From Phoronis australis (lineage: Eukaryota > Animalia > Phoronida): a stretch of DNA of 64,000 nt. The stretch is from the NCBI GenBank assembly GCA_002633005.1, contig NMRA01000355.1:204532-268531 (forward strand), read 5' to 3'. Every line of letters begins with the position of its first letter. Position 1 is the first letter of the stretch. The translations under genes and the position numbers were made by a program. Of the stretch, positions 23,071-38,000 are shown piece after piece. The notes beneath the pieces were generated by a model. That model saw nothing but the letters and a program-made list of their open reading frames with translations. It was not told the origin of the DNA and did no database searches.

Positions 23071-26000
23071 CCTGTCGTATTGTCAGTAATCGTTGATTGA
23101 ATCCAAATGTCTGTGCCCATCATTTAATGAAACAAAACCGGCCAGAAAGGTGTTTTTATAAGATCAGTTCCAACACGAGTTCGATCTCGTCATCCCTGAG
23201 GTAGCTTCCCTACTCGATCAAGAGCAGAATATTCTAAGCATATTTTTTTCTGGTAAAGTCTCGGTGTTGGTTTTAGCGAATGGCACGCAGCGAACGACAA
23301 GACTTGACAATTTATAAAGAAATCACCAAATCACAGTGGATTTTGCTGTTCTGGTCAAAACTAATACCTCCAATGTCGATGTCCCTAGCAGCTAAGTGAG
23401 CCAGCGCGCTTGCAATAGGATCGACGAATCTTCAATGCGGGGCATAAATCTATTGAGTCTCTCCCGCTACGTCACTGGATCCGTAGGGATTCGTCACGTG
23501 ACCAATTTTCCTAGAAAGGCAACAAATAACTTTCATCAAAGCACGCAGCAAAGCAAACCTGTTGTTTAACCATGTCACAAAGTCACCATTAGAAAGCTCA
23601 CTTGGTTTAAAGTTTCGATGCAGGAGAATCTGCGGCAAATATTAGACTTCAATCAGCAATGATGCAAAGCTCACGAGATGAAAAGTGCTCTTCTGATTTA
23701 ACTATACGAAGAATGGCCCTAAAATTATTTTGCAGCACATGAATTACCGTCAATACTGCCCCGAAGACAATACCTGTTATGTTCTCACAATAACAAAGGA
23801 GTTCTAACAAGCAGACCCCTGTACAAGAACAAGTTTCATCACCGAGCCGTCGATGACTGGCGAGTTCACGGGTGTGGAGCAAATTTTCTAACCGAATTAG
23901 TCGTCTGACTTTTATAGAGAAATGTCAATCCACGCCCTTACTCGTGACATAGCAGTATATTCAAATAGCACGGACGTCATCGCAGCGACCGAGACCTCGC
24001 CTTCCCTTATAAGTGGTAAAACAGAAAGGTATATTCTGTTTATCTTTTCACGCATCTTCGAAAAATATGCGACTCCCAGAGTAGGGTTATGAAGTATTGC
24101 TTTTCGTCTGTGGCATTGTGGTTGGTGTGTGCTAATATACATGTACTACAGCTTAAATAAGCGTACGCTAAACTTCAGTCAGGAAGCGACATAATTTAAA
24201 ATGAAACTCATCCGGGAGCTGTGTTCCGTAGACGCAGAGTAAAGCTACTTTGTTCGCGTACTTTGCTTGCAATGTACGTCGAAATCTTCCAAGGACTTGG
24301 GTGAATTACATTTCATGATTACGCAACGAGCACCGGCACTGTTCTGACGCGATGGAGACCTCCAACATTTCACAGCACGTACAACTTTACTTTACTATAC
24401 AACTTTACTTTACTATCCCTGATTGTTTGCATTTGATGCCTCAGCCAAAATCAACTTACTAATATGTCTGTAAGCGACATGTACTTTTGCTAGAAACAAA
24501 AGCAAATCGCTTATTCGTCTTGGTTGTTTTTCTCAGCGCAACGCTAGGCTATTCAGATGCTAGACAATAGCCTTGCGCTAATGATCGGTGTTACGCAAAT
24601 TTTGTCTTCACTCTGACGCACAATCCCGTTTTGTAGTGGTAGTGTTTTTGATTCAACGATTTACACGTCACGTGATTGGTTGAAGTATCAAAATGACAAA
24701 ACTGACATTCATCTGAATTATTTACCGTTAAGAAATGGGGCTCTTAAGTACAGCGTAGAATAATTCCCTCTTCTTGCATTTCAATTCAGTCTAAACTGAA
24801 GCATTTCCGAATAAAAAACGATTGTGTTACAGAGAACAGTCCTTTCAATGCATTTTTCTGATTTCTTTTCAGATTGTGGTAGAGAAACACATGTATACCT
24901 CAGAGTGACCAAACACCTCCAGATTAAGACCCCTATGTCCCTTGTTGAAAGCTGCGTTTCGCAAAAGTGAAACACTCCAAATACGAGATAGAACTACCCA
25001 TGCACTCGTAGAACTTGAGAATACATTTAGTCGCGTTCATACCAAAATACATGGGCTTACGGTTTCTCAAAATTGTCAAGTCAGCCAAAAACGAACAGCA
25101 CTCTAGCATGACGCCAGCAAAAAACAATACGATAACGTTTTTGTGTATTGAATCATCGCGTAATTACGTATATTTTTGTATTTCTGTAACGAGCCTTCTT
25201 GCATGTAGCTACTAAATACAATATTCTACTATGCCACAGATTGTTCGATCAGGCGTACAAAGTAGATCGTTCAACGCACGATAACCATTTTACATTTACC
25301 TCATACAAGCTTGTGCGCGATGGCAGTCTTTTGGGGTAGATCATTTTCGTTAAGCCTGCGAACGCACAGTTCTAATCAAAACGTGTAAAACGATCCAATT
25401 CCGCTATGAACCCAGTTCAAGCACACGACGTCTGTGCCTTTCAGCCTGAGAAAGCCTTAATTTGTTAGAACATCTACCCATGGCGAAAGCTTGCGCCATA
25501 TTTCGTGGCGTGACAAAACGACGTGTGAGGTTGGCTCGGTGGTATTCATGGCGCTACAGGAAGTGCTCTTAATTTTCGTGGAAAAGAACGAAACATTAAA
25601 CAAATACTCACGTACATTAGCACGACAGACAAAACACGAATTTTCTTACCTGTCCTCGTGACGCACTAGCGATATTAGTCTTAAAATACTCACTAAAAGA
25701 AATGGGAAAAACCGCGTCGGGAATCACAACTTCAGTAAACCCGTCTATTACGCCTAGGAAGACGTTTTCGAATGACCTAATCTGGCCATTGAGAGCGAGA
25801 ACGAGCAAGCATGATAGCTCGAAGTGATTACGGTATAAGATGTATTGGTTGAAATGTCCGTACCACTTGAAAACATTTGTATAGATGTATTTATAACCAC
25901 TGATTATTATCTGCTGGCCTATTGTAATAACTGTAGGCCGAGTGCGTTGTCAATGACGTGCCACTGGGCCGGAACAATAGAGTTTTCGTGATCTCCGCCA

Positions 26001-27055
26001 GCGACAGGCCCACCTTCAGAAAAGATTTTGTGAATTTGACTACGAACTGCCCGGGGATAGATCATTGAGGATGGTCACTCGACCCCGACTCCGGCTACGT
26101 ACGTGTCCAACTAGCCCTTGAACTCAAAACCTGGTAAGAGCAGTATTGTTTGTCTCTTCACAAAAACAAATCCATCAAATTCGTTCAACTGAATTGTGTG
26201 ATATTATAAACTTATGATAGGCAAATGAACGATTATCGATGTAATGTATTACAACCTCAAGAAGTTGTAATTATTTCTTCCGTTCAACGTTTCCTAAAAA
26301 ATTCGGCAATGTGTTTAAAAATATACGGTCTTGCGATTCACGTAAACACAAGGACATCGTAATTTCAATGTGTCATGCCTGCGAACCAACAAACTGCGTT
26401 TTCATACAAGAGTTACAGGGAACGAAAAGTGAACCGTGTAGGTAGTGGCATGCAATACACGTTTTATGTTAATTCTGAACACTGGTTTGACTCAGCAAAT
26501 GCGATATCGACGGACAATACCAACTGACTACCTATGACAAATTGTAGTAACGCAAAGCCTTGCCAATTTATACCATTCATTCCTTTCACAAATTAAAATC
26601 AAAAAGCAGCCGATAAACTTTTATTAGAGCTACGATTATACAGTTCCGAGAAATTGTGATGAAAATGTCAATTATAAAAGTTATCTCTGACTGAAACGGA
26701 AATGTTTAGTACTTTATCATTCAAGTGCAAATACAAAAGTGTATTTATGGGTTTTTACAAACTAGGTGACACCGGTACCATGGAAACTTGAAGACTTTTT
26801 TTGCCCATAAGAAAATTTTCGGTGAAGCACATCAATGAACAAAAACTTATAAAACGCACACAATGCCCTCTGTTTGTGAAGCACATGTAATCTGTAAAAA
26901 AACGTGAAAACGTGAAACTGACAGAAGCCACCTCTCCAAAATTTGATGCGCTCTATTTCCAAGTGAGACTTAGCGATAAAATGATCACAAGGCAAATTGC
27001 CCGTTGTCCATATCAGAACTTCTGGGGTCTTCTGGATGGACATTTGGAAAACCAG

Positions 27056-27295
27056 GGACTCGTTCCAAGAAACTGACTTAAAGTTCATAAGTCTAAAATT
27101 TGTTTCAACTTTCAAACTATGAAACTTCCACGTCTGGCAAGTTAGTCGAAGCTCAAGACAAAACTCAAGTCAAAAACTGAAGTCAAACTTAAAATTACTT
27201 TCTAGGAACGGAGTTAAAACTAATGGAAGTTTTATCTTAAAATTGACGTAAGTTTTACATTCGTCTTGGCTAAATCAGTTTTCTTGGAACAGGCC
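27056..27295. mobile_element. MITE, same family as 16300-16460
   Basis: CGTTCCAAGAAACTGA ... TCAGTTTTCTTGGAAC inverted termini. Body aligns to 16300-16460. Confidence 0.65.
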
Positions 27296-30200
27296 TTAGG
27301 GCTGTCGCCGCTCATTGTGATGGGACAAAGATAATTCTCAGAGAGTTGTTCCGAACTCTTGGTAGCCTGTTCACGTCGGAAACAATACAATACTTAGCGT
27401 CGGAAGCCAGTACGTCCACGTTATTCGCATTGTGAATCCATTGCCCATACAGTACAAGGCAAGTACTCTGGCGAAATATCTTTTCCCGTCACGGAGGCTA
27501 ATTCAGCAAAAAATTGTTGATAATAACTATAAGGGCGACAAAAATCAAATTACAGATTGGCTTAGTCGTCATCTTTCTACCTTTTTTGTTAATTCCCGTC
27601 CACTCTCGGTTTATGAGAGAAAACTACTCTGACGAAGAATTCGGCTTCCAAAAAGCCGTCATAACGGGGAATTCTGGCTCATTTTGCCGGAATACTCTAT
27701 CAGTTCAGTTTGCAATGTACATGAGTTACCAATGTACCCCTAAAGGGAAAAATCGTAATGTAGTCAATACTGATGGAGTCCCATTCAAAAACATGGCGGG
27801 ATAGTTCTAGGTGCACACATGTAAGTAACACAGTAAATGTTGAAAAAGGTTTCTAGAGTGCTTTGGCTAGTGTTTTTCGTGGCACTGCAAAAATAGATAT
27901 CATTACCATGCCCGTTAACAAATTGACAGCGAAAACTGTATTGATTGGTAATTGTGGCAGCTAATTAGCATAACATACACGTTTTCTGCATTTTGGTGCT
28001 ATTTTCATTAGCCTGTGTTTTACACTGTTGACAAACGTTTTTCGAAAGTCTGTTTGACGTGAACAGGACCATTTTAAACAGCGTGCCGGTGCAGAACTTC
28101 GTGTTTCCTAGTTTGTCTGAGTAGACGGTAAGAAACGCCACTCTCAGAAGGGAAACATGTTTTATCAAGTGAATAACTCGGGCTCTCAAATTTCACTTCT
28201 ATTATACGTGTACGTTTTGAAATCATCTGTACTAAAGACCGAACAGTTCGGGGACGGAAGTCACGTGACGCTATTACCATACGCACACCTTTTATTGTTG
28301 AAACTGTGACAACATTGGCCGCTGTGTACGCCTGAATAGTATGCTACACTGCCATGTGTAAGAGTTCAAGCAAACGAATTTACACATTTTCTGAAACTCC
28401 AATTGTTTGTATGGTTTCGTCTCCAAGAAGTTTGGCGTAATACTTCATTTTACCATGTTATTTTCACCAGTCTTACGTTTAATGTAATAAATGTTAAATA
28501 ACGGGTGTTGGACCCGCAGGTCTTGTATAGTTTCAAACTCAGGTAATTAGTTCTTAAAACTTTTATACAGAATTGTGTCTTTGGACTAATCGGTTTACGT
28601 CGAAAACGGTTGCACCAATGGCATGCTCCCCGGGGTTCGGAACTATTAGGCTTGATTAGGCCTATATCACGGTATTAATTTTCAAAACACTTCGTAATAG
28701 AACGCGCTACGTAAAAACTGGACTCATTATCATTATTTTTAGCATTTGAATTTTGTTCTATTGGGCCCAAAACGTCAAAATGACCCCCTACTAAGCATAA
28801 GAACTCATACACCGTAAGCCCAAACAACTGTATTTATTAAGAAAATAACGTCATGTTACGCCTGTTGTATGTCAAGCCTACTGTAAGAAAACCATTAATC
28901 TAAAACACCGCGTGTGACTAAGGCTATTATGAAGTGTCTGCGAACATTCATAATAAATGTCACGTTTGACATAGGAATATTAGTCAATTTTCTACGAGTT
29001 ATACTAAACTGGTGTTCATTGTGCCTAGGCTCCGTGCGCCATCTGGTGGTGTTGACGTCTCCATGCGCGTATGAACGCGTCCACGTCGCCAATTTATTTG
29101 GGGCACATGTCTTTGCCAATGAATGCATTCAGCGGAAGTTTTCTTGTTTGTTCCACAGACTCGTACGTAAAGCAGGAACGGATGGTTAGCTCTGGAAAAT
29201 ATTTGAGACGCTAGTGCGTTTTTCTGTGGACTCGGGGCCGCTTCCTGTTAGGTTTGTGTTCGCCTCACGGGCTCTCGCTGGCAAACCGTTTCTCAGTATC
29301 GTAAATGAACTCGGAGTGAACCATGCTCGCTGGAACTTTGCGGGTTTCACTGGCACGTGACCCAAGCTTGATCGCACCTTGGACTGGTAGCATTGCTTTA
29401 AAGTTTGCCTGTCAAACATATTTGTCTTTGGTCTGGTTTTGGAAATATCTTTGTTACTGAAACCGCGCTCTTTTAATCCACTCAGTCTAATTGATATCAG
29501 CGCACCCACGCGGCAATAAATGTATGAACAGCTTCTTAAATGACGTGTTATTAACACTGAACAGGGGTGTTGATTTCATAACTTTCCTTTAGAATAAGAC
29601 AATAAAGCATAAACTCGTATCAACGCCGTTTTCAAATGCACAACCTACGTCTACTCGGAGTCAAGGTGACGTCACCGTACTGCGGTAGTCCAGGAGATTC
29701 CCGGCTATCTTGGACCCAACTGTTTTTGTCACATCTGTATGGAAAATGGTATATTGGGTTATAGCTGGAATATCACCGTACCGGTTAAGTTCTGTTTTAG
29801 AACAAAGTGCGGGCGTTGTGGTTCACAGACGCTGTGGCATGATCTTTAGATTTAAAAAAATCGTTTTGTTGAAATTTGCGACCCTTTGAACAAATGTAAA
29901 TGTTGCCGGTTGTACAAATGCGCAGGTGAATAGACTACCGTCATATTGTTTATCTTCAATTTGGAGAAGTTGTTAAGGGTGTGACGTAATCACTTTCAGT
30001 CCCTGTTTGACAGCTTGTGTAGACATTTTTCTGAGTCAAAACATGACTCTATCTTCTGATCTGTAAGCATTGAATGTTGTGCGAATCTATTTGCTTGAAA
30101 TGATATTAGTAAAATAAGCCCTGTACCTCAGGTCCTTGACTCGTACGATGACTGGCCGCTCCCAATTGTGACGCACTCACCAATATACCGATTATAAACA

Positions 30201-31243
30201 TTCAGCCCAATGACTGCGCATTAACATTTACATTGGCTATTGTACATATCTCTGTAAAGCGTCACCAACATGAACCTGGAGGTTTGTCTTAGCTTCGTTT
30301 TTCCTGAGGCTAGCCAAGTACATGGATGGCCAGATTCGTGCGGAGCGGGTCCAGAGGGAGTCAAGGGGGTCACTTTTCCACTACCGTAATGGGGGTGTTT
30401 CAACCACCCCTACCTTTGTCACTCGAACAAAGTCCTTGCTCCACAACAGACGGTTTGTTTCAGTCCCAGAACTTGCCAGCCTACCTCCGTCGTTTGGTTT
30501 GATTTAAAAACGGACAGTAGAATTTCCTCGATTAGCAACAAGTTCTCGAGCGAGTTACGAAATCAGAATGTTGGTTCCAGTTTTCACTAGTTGAATTCTC
30601 CCCGGTGTTTTTACCCAATGTTGATCTTACCTCACCCAACTCCATCAAAAAGTCGTCTGGGGTTGTGTGGGCTTTGTGAATTTTCTAATACTTGAGAAGT
30701 TCAGGAATGGCATTTTCTTGAATTTTGTGACTCTTCTGAATGAAATAAGGCTGATTATTGACCCCTTAATACAATTTCTGCTCAGTCGAGTCTTTTCTTA
30801 AACTCCTTTTGCTATTTGTAAATGAGAAGCTGAAATTCCGTACCCTTCAAACAGCTTTGTTTGGATTTGTAAAAAATGCTACTCGACACCCACCTTTCAT
30901 CTGCTTTCTGCAAACTAAAGCGTTTTGGGCAGTTTGGCAACACTGTCTCTCGCAGATACTGGTTTTAGGGTGAAAAATACTTACTGTATTTTTGCTCTGT
31001 TACTACGTAACCGGCTGTACATGCGCTGGGAGCAAGATGCGCAAAAATCATTTTAGAATCACTTTTATTCGACTTTGTGCGAGTTTTTTAAGTCTTTTGG
31101 CCAATGTTCATGTACTGCCAATGATTTCAGGCTCTGCATACTTTGTGTAACAGTGTTGGTGTTGCCTATACCTGGTTTTTCAAGCCGAATATCAGCAAAA
31201 ACTCTTCAACGCCAACTCAGGTGCAGTGGCGCATCAGACATCC

Positions 31244-31412
31244 CAGTGGCGGATTTCAGGGGGGGCAAGGGCGCCATAGGCCCCCTAAATTTTTTTCAGA
31301 TTCCATTCGGCAGTTCGGGGGTGTGAATGTTTGACGAGCAAAATCTTGGCTAATACTCTGCCCTGACCCTCCAGCCCCTCCCCCCAACTCAAAATCTCCC
31401 TGCATCCCCCTG
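31244..31412 (+). mobile_element. hAT-like MITE (CAGTGGCGGAT...ATCCCCCTG); inverted copy at 52970-53131
   Basis: CAG(T/G)GGCG termini. Body CAGATTCCATTxGGCAGxTCGGGGGTG..GCAAAATCxTGGCTAATACT is shared in reverse complement. No clean TSD seen. Confidence 0.7.
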
Positions 31413-31517
31413 TGAATTTTGGACAATTGTGAAAAAAGCGAAATGCTGCTTACGGGATGGATAACGTAACCGTTAGCTGCAAACAGCAATGCACAGATAT
31501 CGGGTCCTACATGTATG

Positions 31518-31580
31518 TAGCTCAGTGGTACCAGCATTAGACCGACAATCTAGTGACCTGTGGTTCGATTCCCAGTTGGG
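31518..31580 (+). repeat. tRNA-derived SINE head or tRNA pseudogene
   Basis: A box TAGCTCAGTGG (31518-31528), B box GGTTCGATTCC (31562-31572), anticodon-like stem TTAGA/TCTAG. No acceptor stem. Confidence 0.6.
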
Positions 31581-34371
31581 GTTCTTGGTCTTTCTGTGGA
31601 TAACTTTATATTTAACTAATACTCTTTGTTGACTTGGAAGTCTCCTGCTGTATATTACTCGTGAAACCTGCCTCGCGGAAGAATATTACAATGTTTAGCG
31701 TTTGACCAAAGGCCAAATTCATGTAAGCGACTTAGAGGATAACGCTGACGTTAACATCCCGTCCGTCGGTTCTGTGAACTGTCTGACCGCGACTTTAGAA
31801 AATCACCTTATTTATCAAACGTTCATGATTTAAGGACGTCCTTGAACATACCTTTTCCCTCCAAACATTCACTTCTTGTTCAAAATAATTCTAATTCGAA
31901 AAAGCACTTATCCTCAATTTCCTGTTTTTGTCAATTTTAAAGCTAGATCTTGGTCAAAACATGAGAAAGAATACTAATGTTTACAAGTGCAGAGCACATC
32001 TGCTTAGCTAAGGTAGATCTGTTGTGGTCTGAAATGCAACGTGTAGTATCCGCTTTCCCCCTAATTTGCATAAGTCTCCCATAATCATGACCCAAAATTA
32101 GATTTCATTTCCTTCATCACCACTTAAACCATTTTTACTGTCTATATCGAGATGACTACTAATTCAATCGCCGTTTCTGCGCATGGTACAATAATAATAC
32201 GTTTTGGTTTGATGACGTCGATTTCCTAGATCTAACTTCATTGTGGGCAGTCAATAGAAGAGCATCCTATACAGGCTAATTAACAATTTTCAGGATAAAA
32301 CACGGTTTTACTTTGCGTAGACGAACAACAGCCAGGATTTGTGCTCGTTAGCGACTCGGACCTCTCCGTACAAAATTCTTCTCTAGCGCAAGCTATTACC
32401 CTATACTAGTTTTCGCGTGACGTCATTCATACGGGCACTTCGTTTCCGTCGGCCATCTTTAGAGGCAAGCTTCGCGAACGTGTGCTCCCTTCTGCTGGAC
32501 TCCTTTTGCCGTATAATGCTTTCTAGCGCCTTCTTGGCTCACTTCTTATTATTGTACATTGTGTTTTTCGTAATAAACGTTATCAAACAAGCTTTTCCCG
32601 TCTTGCAGACTTATTTTGTTAAAAACCGATTCGTCTTTTCGGTGCCATGGGTAACAAATTTGGAATTTCCCTAGGTCCTGTGCCTTGCAAATGAAACTTT
32701 GGGTGTCATGGAATCAAAAAACTTCAATCGTTCCGAGTAAAATCCTTCACCGGTATTCACTGAGAAACTTTTTGATGGCGTCTCTTTGAGATTCACACTA
32801 GTAAAAAAACTTCGTAAATGGATTTAACACATATTAGTTCAGTCGAAAGTTAAACCAAATAGTGTTCAATCAACCCAACTCCAAAAATATTCAAAATTAA
32901 TTGAGTTTAATGTAAACTTCATAGCTAGATTTCTTTTTCGGTGATGCACCACCACCACCTTGAATGGTAGTGAGTGACAGTTTACTCGTGCATTATGGGT
33001 ACTCGCTCAACTGCGGACATAAGTAATTACGCTTCCACGAAAACCGCGTCCACTTTTGAAAGATGAATAATTAGTAGCAATGTTAGACAAATGCAAATAG
33101 AACAGAAAAACTTGAAATGTTTACAGGTTATTGATGACTTTCATATGACGAAATTTATCCTGCTAGGTGTAAAGGGAAGAGAATTTTTAAAGTTAAGCCG
33201 CTCTGACGAGACATCTTGAGATTCTAATAATTGCATGAATCTGTCTGATTTCACTCTCCGAATGTTCTCCCACTTTCCTGGACTAAGGAATGTCGAGCGA
33301 ACGAGGTTTTAACTTAGCAGCAGGCAACAGGCTGCCTGTGCGTTATCGTTATCCAGGGTTGTTTTGTCGATGTGAGATTTGTGATTTTAGATTAAGAGAA
33401 ATTGGACCTCGCCGCGGGAAGTATTAATTATTTTCGAGTACCTATTAACTTTCATTAATTATTTGGATAGCTGGTCTATTTTTGCTGCTTTACCGCAGAG
33501 TGAAATCCATCTCGTTTGTAATAAAATTCACTCGAAATATGTTAATTGAATATTTCAGCACACACTGAAGCCTTTCAAAACGGTTATTGGCCTCTACAGT
33601 AAATAATTGAAATGACGCAATTAACCCCTACACAAAAAGATTAACTCAAATGTTAGGCGAAGAGATAAATGTGGATTATTTACCTATAGTCGGTAAACCA
33701 ACCCTAAGTGTTGGAAGTCCGCACAGTGACAGTGTAGAATCACGTGCTACACAAATCACACTGGAATTGCACGTCAAACATTAACTCGCGCGCGTCGAAA
33801 TTGCGATCGTGTGAACACACCCATCTTCAGAAATAATACGGCGAATGTAACTGCACGGAAATCAAGCCCTTCGAAAGAACTTAATCATTCGAAGATTCGA
33901 CTTCTTACTATTCGCTTGTCACTCCGCTCTTTGTATTTTTATCTACCGGTGAACTCGTGAACTAAAGCATTCGCTGGGCGCACTGGCTGGCATTCGGGTC
34001 ACTACATGACGTCATTATGTCAAAAACTAAGACAAGAAGATGGCAGACGATTTGATTCGTTGTTGTGAGAGCAAGGTTAAATGTGACGAAAAATAACCTG
34101 TAACACCGCGTCAAGGGAATTTCATTTGGTGAAAACTAAAGAACAAAAAATCTGCCCCCACTCCTTTTGTGTAGTTCATATCTATTTCAAAAAGTGATGA
34201 AACGCCCTCCTGCGACCTTCAGCTCTATTTAAGAGCTGGAGTTTGGCTATTTTTGCATCTAATTTTTATCGGTTATTGACATGCTAGATAAGGTACCATT
34301 GGCCTTCGGTATATGTAACTTACATTGTCAGTGGTACAGTACATACAAAACGTTTCACTGATTTATGTCAT

Positions 34372-34680
34372 TAGACCGTTCCCACTAATGTCGACCCTTC
34401 GATTTTCAAGGACGTGTCGGCCGACAAGAGCGCTTGCATTCGGTCTTGGGTCGAAGTTAACAGCTAAAGTATACTTCGCTATAGACAGGCGAATTTAAGT
34501 ATGCGTCGCTAAAACGAGGACGCTCAGCATTAGTGTCCATCGAAGTTATTGGCTGGGGTAACTGCTGCGAAGGTCATACTGTATGAAGTTACCTTATGAT
34601 AACCTTAAAAACGATAACGCCACCAAGCATGTTACTCCGACGAATGCCTGTGAATTGCCGACACTAATGGAAAAGTTCAA
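34372..34680. mobile_element. ~310-bp MITE with degenerate TIRs
   Basis: TAGACCGTTCCCACTAATGTCGAC versus the inverse of GCCGACACTAATGGAAAAGTTCAA. Confidence 0.45.
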
Positions 34681-34864
34681 GTTAACAGCTCTGACGTTTC
34701 GGTTGTACTGGATTTAACTTGGGGAAAATGTCAAATGGTACACTAACGTATGCTACACGTACTTTACATTTTACATCCGGTCAGATTATTTGTACAAGTA
34801 ACCACATGGGGTATTTTCATCAGACGAAAAAAACAAGGTGTTATCTTGTAAATTCGAACACTAA

Positions 34865-35050
34865 AGGCAATATCAAGCGACCATTTCTGGTTTTGATTAT
34901 TCTTCTGTTTCCTTTCTCGTAAAGTGGGATTTTTGCCGAACTGATTTTGACCGCGAACTCACGAAATGTCGTCGATTTCCACGACATGCTGTTTAGCAGT
35001 CCCAGGTAAGCCAACTCGTGGTGGAGACTGTCTCGTCACCTGACGACTTA
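34865..35050 (+). repeat. Interspersed repeat; inverted copy at ~52420-52605
   Basis: ACTCACGAAATxTxGTCGATTTCCACGACA, GCCAACxCGTG and AGACxGTCTCGxCACCTG are shared in reverse complement. Confidence 0.65.
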
Positions 35051-38000
35051 GGAAACTAATCTGCGCGATGGGGTTGCGACGTCAGATACAGGTCGTCTGC
35101 CGGTCATGACTTGCGGACGGATATTAGTCGCTCTACAAACTGAAGGTTAAAGTAAGTCCAAGCATTTGCTAAATGGCTTTGCCACCAACTGTTAATATTG
35201 TTTTAATTGAAAGCAGCTTCTACCTTTTCCAACAATAATTATATCATTGTTATTACGCTGCTTCTGCAAGAAATCCATGTCGAGTTAGCGAGAATCCAGG
35301 CCGAATACGAAGCAAACAATGTTCAAGTTGAAACGGATACTGTAAAGTCACAAAAGTTTGTAAATCCACTCTGTAAACATTAACGAAGTGCCTAAAAATT
35401 CGTTATGAGCATAAAAAGACAATGCGCTTATGTCGTTGAAATGCCGAAACGAAAGCAGATGCAGTAACAGGTGAATTTGCTATGCCGATTCAAATTCGAA
35501 ACAGATTTTGCAACAATGTAAACTAAAAACTACTTAATGTACTTAACTTCATTTCAGCCAAACTAGGACTTTCCAAAAAAGTGCACAAATAGTGAAATTA
35601 GGGTACCGTAAGCACAATACTCCATTCATTGTTTCCACTTTTATTTTCCATTTCCATGGACCGAGTCGCTTTTTAAACTGAATCTAGGGTACACCTTTAG
35701 TTGATTGAGCAGCTGTACAAAAATATAAAGTCGTGCTATGAAGGAAAACCCGCGAGCCCTAAAGTATGTACATAGCAATAATTGTCGTTGAAAATAATGT
35801 TCTGAACTTGCATAAATGATACGTAATAGTATTAAATACCACGTCAACGCGTGGAGGTTTAGAAGGCAGATAAGAACGTCTGACTGCGAAGGTAGTGATC
35901 GACGAGACGCTTTGAAACATTGGTGTATTAGAAGGGGGCCGGGAGAGGGGCAATGCCCATCCGGATTTCGGCAAAGGTTACTGAATTTTGGGCAAAACAA
36001 GATAAATTAGGACAACTCTGCATAAAATAGAAAAGATAGGAAAACACTTTACAGAAGCATCAGAAAAAACGAGAAAAAACGTTTACGAGCGAATCACTGA
36101 TGACGACCAGGAAACGAAATGTGGAACTCGGAAGAGAGTGCACATGTGGAGAATTTCTCGCTTACACTGGTGACCACTCTGATTCCCTAAGCCCCATCCA
36201 ACTTTAAGGTGCCTATTCAGCACGCCCTTTGTATTGATGTAGATCTGAGCTAATGAAGTGGAAAGGTAATAGCTAGCATTACTGTCTCAACAACGGTTGT
36301 TGTTAGTACCCCCAATTTGGTGTTCTCTGACATTTGCTGAGTTATAGCCTGCAACTCTGGAGAGTAGTTTTAACTTGGTACATTATAAATATTACAAAAC
36401 AACTAAAAAGTTTAACTTGTGTTTAGCTTCACAAAGGACCACTTCCCAAAGGTACGATAAGTTTCATATTGGTTTTCTTTATTTTATTTTTAATGCTTCT
36501 GCCCACTTGTTTTTTTTTCTTACCTGGAACGGGTTGATTGAAATTGAAGTACCAAAACAATGGTAGATTTTGATCGCCAGCTAAACTTAATTAGTTAAGT
36601 TCATTGTGAGCCCATCCCTAAACTTTCCACATTACAGGCACACTGAACATTTCACGTGTCATTAAAGTTTAATCTTTATTAGAACTCAAATTATAAAACA
36701 TAGACAAAAGTGCAAATATGGTGATAACCAAACTCAAGATTTGGAATCTCCGGACAATTTCGGTGGCACTGACTATATAATTATTCTAGCTCTTTGTCAG
36801 TACTAAAAAGAAATAAAAAGTGGGCACAACAACTGTTTCCTGGTCAAAAATCTGGCTCAACGATATTGAAAGAATATTAAAAAATGAATCCATGTGATAT
36901 TGTTAACTCTGATCAGCGTTTGTATATCCACCGAGTATATCAATACGTGCGGTAGTTTATCTTCAATCGTACACAATGGTTGTAGTTTTTACATTATTAT
37001 TTCTTCGATTTTTAAAAATCGAAAATCGTACTTGGTTATTTTTTCCATCTGAATACCGCCAAAGTGTTCGTTTATAACGAAAATTAGTGGTTGATGTATT
37101 TTGAAAATTCGCCAGTATGTACAGTCAATATGTTTAATACAGTTTATGGTTGGATAATTACATTTAATTGGGTCTTGCTGGCATCGGGCAATGAGGTCAT
37201 CGCAATTGTACCTGATTCCGTCGCCGCGCTCTCTTTAATCCTGGTACAAGCCTCTCAGAAGGACGAGCGGTGAAAATTCCCGCAAATCTTTAGAAATGCG
37301 TGACTTCCTTGTAAGCGTATTATTCACGGTATGAGTTATTGGCTACGGCAGGATCATCGATCCCTCGAAATTGGAGTCAAATATCGACCCCATCTTTTTC
37401 TCAAAAATTCTTAAAAATCAAGGAAAATTCCCCTCGTCAGGTCCAAAAGTTCCCCTCTGAACGATCAAAAATACCCCTCATGATTAACTGATTTTAATCT
37501 CGAGGCTGGCAAACACCGGAAACGTTACAAACAGGTTTCCTTATGAAGGAAGTGTATATACAGTAGTGATGCAGCCAGTTTTGCATTATTTCACTTTTTC
37601 GGATTGAAAACACAAAGCTTAAAGACAACTTCCGTTCGTCTGCGGCTCAATGGAACTCAGACAGGTTCTATAAGAGTAGAATTACCAAAAACCTATGCAA
37701 CGCAGCACAGTTACGTACAGGAAAGTGTCTTTTTGCTGGTAAACTTGCTGTGTACTCTCAGAAGTAGGCTCAGGCAGTCGGGCCACATTTCAACAGGTAA
37801 CTCAACACGTTTATTCACTGCCATTGTGGTCAACAACGCTGACACAGTCAAGTCTTAAGAACAGTTAAGCATTGTGTTTGTCTATTCACAGGGGTACTTA
37901 AGGACTGAATGCTCAAAACTGAGGCTGTTCTGAGAAGTAAAAATATTGTTTAGCTGAAACCCTTCACTACTGAGCCAGCTAAGTGTGTTCTGTGGTACAA

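Noticed and set aside
31518-31580. Functional tRNA gene
   Set aside because: No acceptor stem, mismatched T stem and no U33. Also rejected for 9101-9171 and 41720-41790.
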